A program made the position numbers and the translations under genes. A stretch of 59,561 nucleotides of DNA, counting the filler, from Stramenopiles sp. TOSAG23-6 (lineage: Eukaryota), in NCBI GenBank assembly GCA_900128565.1. It is 11 parts of 11 records of this genome, joined end to end, with 100 filler letters (N's around TTAATTAATTAA, not from the genome) between each part and the next. Parts side by side here need not be neighbours in the genome. Positions count along the whole stretch, not along the records: positions 21,741 to 27,065 come from LT636928.1; positions 27,166 to 32,488 come from LT636929.1; positions 32,589 to 37,905 come from LT636930.1; 8 more parts are not named here. One strand, written 5' to 3'. Below, one piece after another: positions 22,370 to 33,361 of this stretch; the stretch's first letter is position 1; every line of letters begins with the position of its first letter. The notes under the pieces are model-generated. The model saw only the letters and a list, made by a program, of their open reading frames with translations, ran no database searches and was not told the DNA's origin.

Positions 22370-24184
22370 ATGTACAGTATGCCAGGCATATATCATCGTT
22401 TCCTTTTATTCATTGCAACAACCCAAATAGTAGTACAAGTAATGGGAATGGGTGAAACTGAAATGGCTTTTTTTTCCTGTGCAAAAACGTTATCAACAAG
22501 AGATACAATTTACCGTAATTGCTACGAAGGCAAACTTATAATACATGATACAAGTGAAGCGCTTCTTGCAATGTGGTATCGACAGGAAATGCCCAACAAA
22601 AACCAAAATGTTTTGGATTGCTTCAAAGAAATGGATAAGGCAGAATGTATCACACTAAACAAACCTGGCTTGATTGAACTCCAAGTTGCAATTGACAAAG
22701 GTGATTTTTTCCCTATAAGGCTAAATAGATATCGCCACTACAAACCTAAAACGAAGAACCCCGCAGTTCCACTTTTACAAATACCCAAAATAAGAAAGCT
22801 AATTCTTCAAGATGATATTATTGAAGAAGTATTTCGAGAAGAAATGTCCAAGACTTTATCCGGCTCTGGATCTACTTCCGTCACGTCAGCAGCAGCAACA
22901 GAAGACTTGGTAAACGCCGACTTAATGTCGATGGTTGTCGAACGAATTCTTTCTGATGAGTTTTCCAAGCATTTATCCAATTTGGGATCTACTTTAGTAA
23001 TGCCAGCAAAAAATACGGTAGACGGTGCTTCGATATCTAGGACTGTTGCAAGATATCTTTCAAATCATTTCTCCAGTTCAGGATCTACTTCCGCTATGTT
23101 AGCAGCAGCAGCAACCGCAGAAGACAGTGTGTACGATAGCTCAATGGTTCTCGAAAGAATTATTCTTTCTGATGAGTTTTCCAAGCCTTTATCCAGTTTG
23201 GGATCTACTTCAGTAATGTCAGCAACAAATACGGTAGACGGTAGTTTAATATCTAGGACTGTTGCAAGATATCTTTCAAATCATTTCTCCAGTTCAGGAT
23301 ATACTTCCTCTATGTTAGCAGCAGCAGCAACCTCAGAAGACAGTGTACACGATAGCTCAATGCCTATGACTGTCGCAAAGTTTCTTTCTGCTGTATTTAG
23401 AAAGCACCCGAATCACTTCTATCCTCGCTTAGTAGACAATACTTCAGATCACTCATCTAGTACTTCGTGTTACACCGACCGATATACTAAATTCGTGCAA
23501 AATGGTTATACTCATTTTATGATCAATGGTGGTGCGGCTACGGCGATTAAGAAGGATGCATTACGAATAAGCTTTAATGTGAAAGATATCTATACTTCAA
23601 CCTTGGAAGAGATCACCAAGGTATTTTTATGCGATGAAGAATTTAAAAATCAATCAGGTGTTGAGTATCCTTATCCTTATTATCTGAAGTATAGGATGCC
23701 TCAATCAGAGGGACAAGACTCTATAATTATTGCGTATGATATTGCAGCTGTTGATGGTTCTGAAACTATGCCCTCACGCAGTGAAGCTAATTCATTATTT
23801 ATTGATAGGTTTTGTGCCGCAATACTTGCAGATGAGGATAAAATTTTAAATAAAATATCTCAAGATTCGGATAAATTGCCACCTTTCCAATACAAGCCAT
23901 GTGACGGATTTTTCTCAGTGTCAAGCTACTATCTTGGTGAAAGCTTTGGCATGAGATTAATCAACAGTTTTCTTGCTTTTAGAAAACAGGCTGATATAGA
24001 TCATAGTATAGAGGAATTTTATAAATATCGCATAAGAAATGGTGAAACAACAAATTATAGCTGGGGTTTAAAAGTAGACCCATCGCCAGAGAATATAGCG
24101 GCGTATCAAGCACTTGAACAAAAAATTACTTCTACTTCTACTGCAACGGAAGCGTCTCTTCATGCAGCTCAAGCAGGTGTGTAG
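22370..24184 (+). CDS. Intronless 604-aa protein with hydrophobic N-terminus, 72-aa internal repeats and a possible HopA1-like C-terminal domain
   Basis: Long ORF; 216-bp repeat; RISFN..LKY..DSIIIAY..LPPF..ESFGM. Confidence 0.7.
   Translation: MYSMPGIYHRFLLFIATTQIVVQVMGMGETEMAFFSCAKTLSTRDTIYRNCYEGKLIIHDTSEALLAMWYRQEMPNKNQNVLDCFKEMDKAECITLNKPGLIELQVAIDKGDFFPIRLNRYRHYKPKTKNPAVPLLQIPKIRKLILQDDIIEEVFREEMSKTLSGSGSTSVTSAAATEDLVNADLMSMVVERILSDEFSKHLSNLGSTLVMPAKNTVDGASISRTVARYLSNHFSSSGSTSAMLAAAATAEDSVYDSSMVLERIILSDEFSKPLSSLGSTSVMSATNTVDGSLISRTVARYLSNHFSSSGYTSSMLAAAATSEDSVHDSSMPMTVAKFLSAVFRKHPNHFYPRLVDNTSDHSSSTSCYTDRYTKFVQNGYTHFMINGGAATAIKKDALRISFNVKDIYTSTLEEITKVFLCDEEFKNQSGVEYPYPYYLKYRMPQSEGQDSIIIAYDIAAVDGSETMPSRSEANSLFIDRFCAAILADEDKILNKISQDSDKLPPFQYKPCDGFFSVSSYYLGESFGMRLINSFLAFRKQADIDHSIEEFYKYRIRNGETTNYSWGLKVDPSPENIAAYQALEQKITSTSTATEASLHAAQAGV
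22950..23360 (+). repeat. 216-bp coding tandem repeat (~2 copies)
   Basis: TTCTGATGAG at 22951/23167; GACTGTTGCAAG at 23041/23257. Confidence 0.85.
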
Positions 24185-24304
24185 AAAACTGTATAAAACA
24201 TTTATAATTTATACAATTACATTGACTATTATATATCCTCAAGTGTTTTTTAATTTTGTAAAATTTAAAAATTAAAATTCAAAACTTTTTTTATTTTTTT
24301 TTAT

Positions 24305-25708
24305 TTATTTTTTTTTATTTTGTTCAACACAAACAAAACATAAAGTAACTGCTTTGATAAATCCCAATTGTAATGCCATTTGTTTTCGAGGCGCACATTG
24401 TTTACATATTAAATATCCACATTGTCGACAATGATGTATTATGAAAAAATATTTTTTTTGTAATTTTTTTTGTTAAGTACAAAATTTCGTACGAAAACTA
24501 AAAAAAAAAAATAAATTTGAAATTGAAAAAAAATAAAACATATATGACGTCTACGAAGTAATGTAAAATGATTTCCACATCTCATACAATTTTTACTATT
24601 TGCATCCGACACCCAACTACGTTTACGTGATTTCGTGTTTTCATTTAATTTCGTGTTGTTTTGTAGATTTTTTGTTGTTTGTTGAATTTTTTGAATTTTT
24701 TGAATTTCACTACCTCTATTACTACCATCTATACTATTACATTTTATACGATTATCTGTTGTACTTTTCATTGAATATTTTATACTATCATAATTTTTTT
24801 TATTAGGGTTAGGGCTAGGGTTAGGGCTATTGTGTACTATTTTTTTTTTCATAGAGGAAATTTTTTTACGATATGTTTCTGCAGCATTTGACATATAATC
24901 ATATTTATGACTATTTACTCTATCATTATTACTTTTAAGTGTATTTTCAAACGTAAATGGTGGTGGAGGAGCATGTGAGGCCATATACTGAGAAAAAGCT
25001 AAATTACCACCACACGAAATCATTAATTGAATATGTTGAAGAAAAAATATTTCAAAAAAAAAAAATTCAGAATTTTTGTTAGGTACAAAATTTCGTATGA
25101 AAAAAAAATTATGAAAAAAAAAAATAAATTCGAAATTGAAATGAAAAACGAACATCGTCTTTTGTCCAATTATCAAGAGTTAATGACTTTACTATACTAA
25201 TATGTACACCAAGTGATCGATGATATCCTGCACAATGTGTACATAGTAAAATACCATGTGAAAAAGATGCCCATTCAGGTTTTTTTTTCCCACAGTCTAC
25301 ACAAGAGTCATTTCCTTTCATTTTTGTAATTGATGTTGTACTTTTAACATTTTCATCTATAATTCCTACACGATTTGTAGTTTGTAACATTGAATCCAAA
25401 GAATGAAAACCATGTGCTGTTAACTGTACCGCACACTTCTTACATACTCGTTGTTGACCTAAATAACCAGGAACATTAATTCGCTTGGAAGAACAAGAGT
25501 CACAAAATACTTTACCACACGCACGACAATGATGACGTCTTCGTAACAAGTTAAATGCTTGACCACAAGTTCTACAATAATGAGCTTTAGAATCTGATTC
25601 CCAATGACCAATCTTAAATTTTGGTTTTGTAAATGTAGTGGCTGGTGGGGTTGATGAAGAACTCATATGAAATGAAATAATACTGGTGTTTACAAATTGT
25701 AATAGCAT
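24305..25708 (-). CDS. FYVE-ArfGAP-FYVE protein (exons 25708-25154, 25032-24544, 24433-24305)
   Basis: WxxD..RRRHHCRACG FYVE; CVDCG..PEWAS..CTHCAGYHRSLGVHIS ArfGAP; second RRRH|HCRQCG FYVE. Confidence 0.9.
24434..24543 (-). other. AT-AT family intron (110 bp)
   Basis: CAT|ATATGTTTT...GTACTTAAC...CATAATACAT|CAT restores the invariant RRHHCR. Confidence 0.8.
25033..25153 (-). other. GT-AT family intron (121 bp)
   Basis: GAT|GTTCGT...TTCAACAT|ATT gives LDNWTKDD-IQLMISCGGN. Confidence 0.82.
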
Positions 25709-25905
25709 TATAAGTACTAAATTTTTATTTCAATTATTATTTTCAAAGATTATTAGCTACTATTTTTCATTTTGATTTGATGGAGGATGACGTCATCATT
25801 TTTTTTGACAGCTTTTTCTTTTTTTTTTTTTTTTCGACCATACCCTCTTGAGATCAACCTCGTCCAAGGAGGCTTGAACAAATATTTCACCTAGTCACAC
25901 CAATT

Positions 25906-27065
25906 ATGATGATGAATGAAAGTAAATTATCTACCATAAAATTTGAAGATATCTATCTTGTTGCAGATTATACTCGGTTAGTAACAGCGTTTTTAGATGA
26001 GAGGGATATACAATCAATATGTTGCACTTCGAAAGACATAAAAGAGGCAACGGAACTTGATCGCGCATACCAGTTGTATCATCAAATTAAACCAGTGGCA
26101 AAGCTATTTGAATTGCTCAACTTTATTTCAGGCAAAACATCAATTACAAAGAAAGGGGAAACTGAGACAGCACAACAGTGGTACAAACGGATTGAAGAAG
26201 AAGCAAAAGAAGTTTTCAGTGTTAAAAATATTCCATGTGGAAAGTTTGAATCTAATCTTGGAATGTTGTCTGGTGGTGATGAAAGTTCATGTTATGCTGT
26301 GATATCTGGTACGGTATACACATGGGGATGTGGAAAACTTGGTCAACTTGGTCATGGTGATGAAAATGATCAACTAATACCTAAACTTGTTGAAGAATTA
26401 CAAAGTAAAAAAGTATCAGAAATATTAGCCAGTAATCACCACACTGTTGCATTACTTGAAAATGGTACTATTTACACATGGGGATATGGAATTCACGGTC
26501 AACTTGGTCATGGTGATACAGAAAATCAAAACAAACCTAAATATGTTGAAGAATTAAAAGATAAAAAAGTAAATCAGATATCAGCTGGTAATCAACACAC
26601 TGTTGTATTACTAGACAACGGTGATGTATACACATGGGGAAGTGGAGAATTTGGTCAAATCGGTCATGGTGATGAAAATGATCAACTCATACCAAAAAAT
26701 GTTGTAGAATTAATAGGTAAAAAAGTAAATCAGATATCAGCTGGAGATTATCACACTGCTGCATTACTTGAAAATGGTGATGTATACACATGGGGATGGG
26801 GATTTTCTTCCCAACTTGGTCATGGTGATGAAAAAGATCAACTTATACCAAAAATTATTGAAGAATTAAAAGATAAAAAAGTATTAGAAATATCAGCTGG
26901 TTTTTGTCACACTGTTGTATTACTAGACAATGGTGATGTATACACATGGGGAAGTGGATATTATGGTCAACTTGGTCATGGTGATAAAAATAAACAACTA
27001 ATACCTAAAATTGTTGAAGAATTAAAAGATAAAAAAGTAAAGCAAATTTCAGCTGGTTTAAAACA
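25906..27065 (+). CDS. RCC1-repeat protein, 3' partial
   Basis: ~52-aa repeats GDVYTWG.G..GQLGHGD...ISAG..HT. Confidence 0.92.
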
Positions 27066-27457
27066 NNNNNNNNNNNNNNNNNNNNNNNNNNNNNNNNNNN
27101 NNNNNNNNNTTAATTAATTAANNNNNNNNNNNNNNNNNNNNNNNNNNNNNNNNNNNNNNNNNNNNTTTTTTTTTTTTTTTTTTTTTTTTTTTGAGTAAAA
27201 AAAAATTGTTTGTTAAATATAAACTTTAAAACTTCCAAAAGAAATAATTCATCTATAACAAATATATGTACAAGGAATCGATAAAAAGAAACACCTAAAA
27301 CAAAAAAAAAACATTTTTTTTTTTGTAGGTACGAAATTTTCTATAAAAAAAAATTTAAAATTCATATTGAAAATGTAAACATAAAAATTAAAAAAAAAAT
27401 GGTTAGGTACAATATTTCGTATGAAAACAAAATTTAAAATTCATGATGAAAACAAAC

Positions 27458-28722
27458 ATCCGTTCTATAATCCATTTGTTTCTCGATTGTAGATGTATCA
27501 ACTTCACTATGAAATGACACGTGTCGTCTTCTTTCAGCTTCCATGTATAGTAAAAAAATTATTTTTTTTGTCAAAAATAAAAAATTATTAGATTTTTTTT
27601 TTAAGGCTCAAAAAAAAAAAAAAATAAAACATTCATACTAAAATTCATACTAAAATTCATAATTAAAAGGTACATCATTCTCGTTCTTGGTGACCTTGCA
27701 GGTGAAATAGGTCTACGAGGTTGTGAAATCACTGAATTATAATCTCCTTTCGGTACCACAAGAGTGTGCAATCCAGATGCTTGTACAGTTAGTGTCGTTT
27801 GTTTTGAAGATTCATTTGTTATTTTGTTAGGGTTAGGGTTATTGTTGTTAGGGTTTGGTGGACGTAACATATTTCCTCTATCTCCAATATGTTCGTGCAT
27901 ACTTGTAAATGATGGTAATGATGGTGGTGATAAAGAAGTTGTTGACATTGCACTTGAAAATAATTTTGAAGCGGATAAATTAGCAGGCCTACATGAAAAA
28001 TATTTGACATCTGAAGATGAATTTTTTTGTGTTAGGGTTTCATTTTGAGATATTTCGGTATTTTGATTATATTCATTGTGATACTCAGATGTTTCTTCAT
28101 CACTTCTATTTTGTAACGAATCACTATGTAAAATACAGCCTCGTAAGGCTATCTCAGTCTCTGTCATTGATGCCTCATTAGGGTTAGGGTTTTGACTTGA
28201 ATTTTCATCATTTTTTACATGATCATTTGATCCAACATTAATACTAAGTGTATCATACTGATGTGATTTATGTTTGGATGGTGAAAATGGTGATAATGGT
28301 GAATTGTCTATATTATAACTAGACATATTATTTGAATTGGAATCCAAAGTGTTCAAAGAATCCAAAGAATCAACAAATACATTTGTTCTTGAAGAACTTG
28401 AACAGACACGTTCACGAGAAATAGCTGCATCAAAAGCATTATACCAAAGTGTACATTCATCTTCACTCATGGCTTGTAGAGTGATGGATTTTGGTTTGCA
28501 ATTTTTCCCAAAGAAAATTGTAAATGAATTTTTTCGCATTTTGGACTTTTTTATTGTTGACGAGTTGCCAATTTTCCACGAACCTCTTTTTTTGAAGGCA
28601 TCATACGTATTACGTTTTGAATCATTTGGAAACCAATAGGTTAATAAATTACCACGTAGTCGAAAATACCGTCGGCTCCATCTACGCACATACATAGATC
28701 GTTTTACAAGGAACCCTTCCAT
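27458..28722 (-). CDS. N-terminal PH-domain protein (exons 28722-27674, 27542-27458; 3' end unresolved)
   Basis: MEGFLVKRS..WSRRYFRLRGNLLTY..LQAMSEDECTLWYNAF. Confidence 0.85.
27543..27673 (-). other. GT-AT family intron (131 bp)
   Basis: AT|GTACCTTTT...TACTATACAT|G; next exon open. Confidence 0.65.
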
Positions 28723-29101
28723 ATCACAAAATGTATTTTAAAATGTATTGAATGAAAAGATAGAAGAAGACTTGTTGCATACTACAACAATAACAGTTTT
28801 TCAAAAATAATCTTTTCAAAGTGTAACTGTTTTTTCCGGATCCGCCGATTATTTTACACATGTGACTCTCTCTAACCCTAGTACTAATAAAATACTACGG
28901 TACTAGCTGCAGTATAGATACTTTTTTAACGCATAACTAAAAACAACAATTGTNAAAACCTTTTCTTCACAATTAGTTAATCTATAATTGTTGTAATTGT
29001 TGATATATCATAGTATATGTCCAGTGTTCGATTTTTTGTGGTAGTATAGTAGACAAAGCCTAACTAGAGTATAGTGCAAAATCATATTCTTCAATTGAAA
29101 A

Positions 29102-31654
29102 ATGATGACGTTAATAAACGTAATCATATATATAGCACTTACAATACAAGTAATAGTTATAGCCTGTAGTATATATAAGATGTATATAACACATTATCAT
29201 GTGTACACTTGGCCAAATCGGTTAATTAAACGGACACAATTATGGCNTCTTCTGTGGCAAAATGAGAAAGAAAAGATTCGATTCTATAAAAACAATTTCA
29301 AAATATTTTTGAATCTGATAGCAAGTGCTTTAAGTATAATTATGTGTATCATTATGGCTACAACTGGTATTGAAATTGCTTCTAGTANTCCTACAATTTC
29401 AAATGTAGGAAATAGAAATAATTCTGAAACAAGTGNTCTTGAAGACAATGTAGGTTTCATTATTTTTTTTGTGGTAATTTTTTTTTTCGTACCAAATTTC
29501 ATACCTAACAAAAATTTGATTTTTTTTTTTTACATTTTTTTTACAATACATATTTTTATAGTTTATTTTTGTAGTAGTTCCATTGTTTGGTTATTGATAG
29601 CTATACAGATTAGACTTGAATTTATGAATTTTCAAAATCCAACAGGCAACTGTTGGATTTTTTGGTGTGTTGATGTTTTTAGTCAATTTTTAATTTTTTA
29701 TGTACTGCATAAATATAATAATAGAGATGTACTAGGGTTAGGGTTGTTGAATAGTGTAGAATTGTGTAAAATATTGATTTGTATTTTACTTATAATTATA
29801 CATTTTTTTACGATGAATGATATAGAAAATGGTTTATCAGTAATGTTTGAANATGAATCCACAGGAGATATTCATATATTTATTACTGGAAGTACTTTAT
29901 ATAATGTGATATCAAATACACAAAACCCTAACCCTAATGAAGGCATGCAATACTCTCGTTTAGGTGACTTCTCAAACCCTAGTAGTAACCCTACTGCTAC
30001 GATAGACACTACGATGATGAATTCTAGATATTTTGATGAAGCTAGAAAATCCGCTTTGATTCGTAAGCATCGGAATATCAATGGAATAATAAATAGGTCA
30101 GTACAAACAATGAATACACGAAATATCAAATGTATTGAGGATTTACAAAGAGACCTTTATATTCAAGACACAGTACAAAAAAATAGACAAAAAAAAAACA
30201 TTAACCCTAACCCTAATAATAAAAATAATAAAAATAATAAAAAAAGTAAAAATAATAAAAATGAACGAATACACTATAGAAATGATGGAGAAAAAATTGA
30301 GATGAAATTTTCTGATTATGAGAAACAAACAGACGCAGCAGAGTGTGGGTTAGGGTTAGGGGTTTTGCCCTCTTATGCTTTGCCGTATTCTTTAGATGAG
30401 ATAGTAAACCCTAACCCTAATACAAATAGAAGCAAAATATCATCATCAAATACAAATAGAAACAAAATATCATCATCAAATACAAATAAAAACAATACAT
30501 CATCATCATCATCATCAAGTGGTTGGTATAGCAAAGAAAAGTTCGTACCAAAAGATGATTATGTTGAATCACAAAAGCAAAAGATGGACGTATTTATTGA
30601 TATGTTTTCATCATTCATTTTCATTTCAAATTAATTTTTCAAATTTTTTTACATTTTTTTTTCATATTTCGTTTTGTATTTTGTATTTTTTTTATCTAAC
30701 AAATGTTTAATTTTTTTTTCAAAATATGTCTTCACAATACACATGTTATACACAGTGCTAGTCAAAGATGTTTAGTCGCAGGATGGCTTATCAAGTGTCA
30801 AGGGAAAAAATTGTCTTTAAATACGATAGAAAATAATGATCGAGTTTCAAATGGTAAAAAAGGTGTATGTTTATATAAATTTCTAATGTAATACTTTTTC
30901 ATACGAAATTTTGTACCTAACATTTTTTTTTNGAANTATTTTTTCACAATACATCAAGATACATTAAATCAATTTAAACAAAGTTATGATAAGGGTAGTC
31001 GTCGATGGTATGCTGTCCATGTACGTTTTTATTTATGATGTTTTTTTTAAATACAAAATTAAAAGACTTTTTTACATCAACGTTTTTGATTTTAATTTTT
31101 TNACTTTAATGATTAAAACNTAACTTAAAATTAAGACACACACTATCTAACAAAAACAAAATTAAATTTGATATTTGACTACACTACATGGTAAATATTT
31201 GTTTGGTTTTCTCTCTCCTGGGATTTGGAGGCATTGGATTCAAAGATGTCGTACAAATTGTAGTAGTTGCAATATACAAGAAATTGCAACTATTCCATTA
31301 TACATAATTGAATTTAAACCAGAATCAAAAGCAAAATTTACATTTGATCATAATGTNTCTGACCCAACTTTTGCGAATAGGGTTTCATTTGGAATACTTC
31401 AAATTCAAAATATAATAAATGTACGTTTTTCAATGATGTCAACCATTGATACCATAGAAAATAAGCAAAACAATAATGATAATGATAATAGTACTTTTAT
31501 TGCTGAAAATGAAAATGACTTTATGAAATTTGCAGAATCTTTTGACACAGCCATTGATATATCANAAGAAGAAAAAAANAGTATACCAATTGATATATCA
31601 AAAGAAGGAAAAAAGAGTATACCAATTAGTATATCAAAAGAAGAAAAAAAATAA
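29102..31654 (+). CDS. Multi-pass membrane protein with C-terminal PH-like domain (5 exons)
   Basis: Hydrophobic N-terminal segments; spliced VAGWLIK...SRRWYAVH|GKYLFGF is PH-like. Confidence 0.65.
29450..29551 (+). other. GT-AT family intron (102 bp, in-frame, stop-free)
   Basis: AAT|GTAGGT...ATACCTAAC...TACAATACAT|ATT. Confidence 0.7.
30600..30742 (+). other. Family intron with AT-AC ends (143 bp)
   Basis: G|ATATGTTTTCATCATT...TATCTAAC...CACAATACAC|AT; both ends align with family consensus and keep frame. Confidence 0.55.
30865..30954 (+). other. GT-AT family intron (90 bp)
   Basis: GGT|GTATGT...CACAATACAT|CAA. Confidence 0.75.
31021..31189 (+). other. GT-AT family intron (169 bp, diverged)
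   Basis: CAT|GTACGT...TATCTAAC...CACTACAT|GGT gives RRWYAVH-GKYLF. Confidence 0.75.
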
Positions 31655-31714
31655 AACACTATGATATTGTTAAAAAATAAAAACACAATACTACATTTCG
31701 AAATTCTTCTTCTT

Positions 31715-32392
31715 TTATTTGCTATTTGTGCTATATAAAGAATCACCAACATCAGAATCAATATCGCAATCATCATCATCAACATCATCATCAATAGTAT
31801 CGTCAACAGTACCATTCGGATTCTTTTTTTTCTTTTTACTATTTGTATACATTAAATCCGTACCTTTTTTTTGTTTTCTTACAATAGAATGAATAGGTCT
31901 ACCTAAAGGCTCCACAAATCCAGTCCAAACATCGTCACGAATTTCACTTGGTAATGACGTCTGTAATAAAGCTTGAAAAAAAGGTCTTCGAGGTTCATTT
32001 TGTTGAATAATACTTCCGTCAACAGCTAATCGTGTTTCGTTTTTTGAACGAAAATGTCTCCAACTAAATGCCCAAACATTTAATGTAAAAAAAATTTAAA
32101 AAACAATTTAAAAAACTGTTAGGTACAAAATTTCATTATACTGTTCTTTTACAATTTAAAAAAATTTAAAAAATTTAAAAAAATTTAAAAAAAAAGACGT
32201 ACATGAGCAGTTGCTACTAAAAGCATTTCGATTGTAATGAGCCAATCTTGTAACATTGAAGATATTTCGTGTTCATTGTAATGCTCAGTACTTTGTATAA
32301 GACCAATTGCACTCAATACTGATATAGCTAGTCCTTGCCACCATGAAAAGAAAACAACAAATTTTACACAACAAAATTTTCCAAAAGGTTGA
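31715..32392 (-). CDS. TMEM184: TMEM184/OST-alpha family transporter, 3' part (exons 32392-32203, 32077-31715)
   Basis: PFGKFCCVKFVVFFSWWQG...LQDWLITIEMLLVATAH|VWAFSW (not in ORF track). Confidence 0.88.
32078..32202 (-). other. GT-AT family intron (125 bp)
   Basis: CAT|GTACGT...GTACCTAAC...ACATTAAAT|GTT restores AH-VWAFS. Confidence 0.8.
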
Positions 32393-32588
32393 CTATATTT
32401 TTGAATAATATGTCAAACATTTGATTTTTTTTGTTAGACATTTTCATAGTTGAAAAAAAAAAAAAAAAAAAAAAAAATTAGAATTTTTNNNNNNNNNNNN
32501 NNNNNNNNNNNNNNNNNNNNNNNNNNNNNNNNTTAATTAATTAANNNNNNNNNNNNNNNNNNNNNNNNNNNNNNNNNNNNNNNNNNNN

Positions 32589-33220
32589 AGAGACAGGGTG
32601 AAATGGTTAAAGTCACAGATGTGCCACCTAGTTGGAAGCTGGCATCTGTAGCAACCACTAAACAGCCAAAAGTTGAAATAAAACATGAATCTTCAATTAT
32701 TGCAAAACATGATGTCCCGATATTGAATAAGGCTCAACAAGTAGTTAAAAACAAATCCAACTCAAGTGCAAATGACCACCAAAAAGTTAAAGACGAATTC
32801 AACTCAAGTGCAAATGACCAACAAGTAGTTAAGAACGAATTGAATTCAGGTGATGAACGTGCTTGTAATATCGATAATGAAATATTATTACCACGTGTAA
32901 AAACTATCATGCGAGAAATGTTGAAAACCCTAATTTTAGCTGCAGATCTTTCATCGACCACAGGACGAATACTCAGGAAAACTTTACAGAAGGAATATGA
33001 AAGTTCTAGTGAATTGTCTAGGTACGTTTCCATCATGATTTTTTCATACTCGATTTTTTTTTCGTAAATTTATATACACCTACTAATAATTTTTCTTTCA
33101 TTTATTTTTGCACCATATATGATCCAAATCATCAACTGGGAGAATCATTCAGTGAAAATGTTCATCAGAAATCAAATTAGGGAACTAAGTGCTGAAGTGT
33201 TTAAAAAGAGTGATGCTTAA
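32589..33220 (+). CDS. Protein with C-terminal DEK_C-like domain, 5' partial (exons ..33021, 33121-33220)
   Basis: LILAADLSSTTGRILRKTLQKEY...KMFIRNQI. Confidence 0.7.
33022..33120 (+). other. GT-AT family intron (99 bp; copy at 38439-38537)
   Basis: AG|GTACGT...TACTAAT...CACCATATAT|G; the first downstream AG gives an immediate stop. Confidence 0.75.
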
Positions 33221-33361
33221 AAGTATAGTATAGTTTATTTAGTCAAATATCAAGATAAATTTTCAATATATCATTCATATAGTTTTATAAATTGTGCTTT
33301 ATCAAATATTTCATAGAATTTTTTGTACCTAACATTTTTTTTTCCTTTTTTGAGTCTTCCA

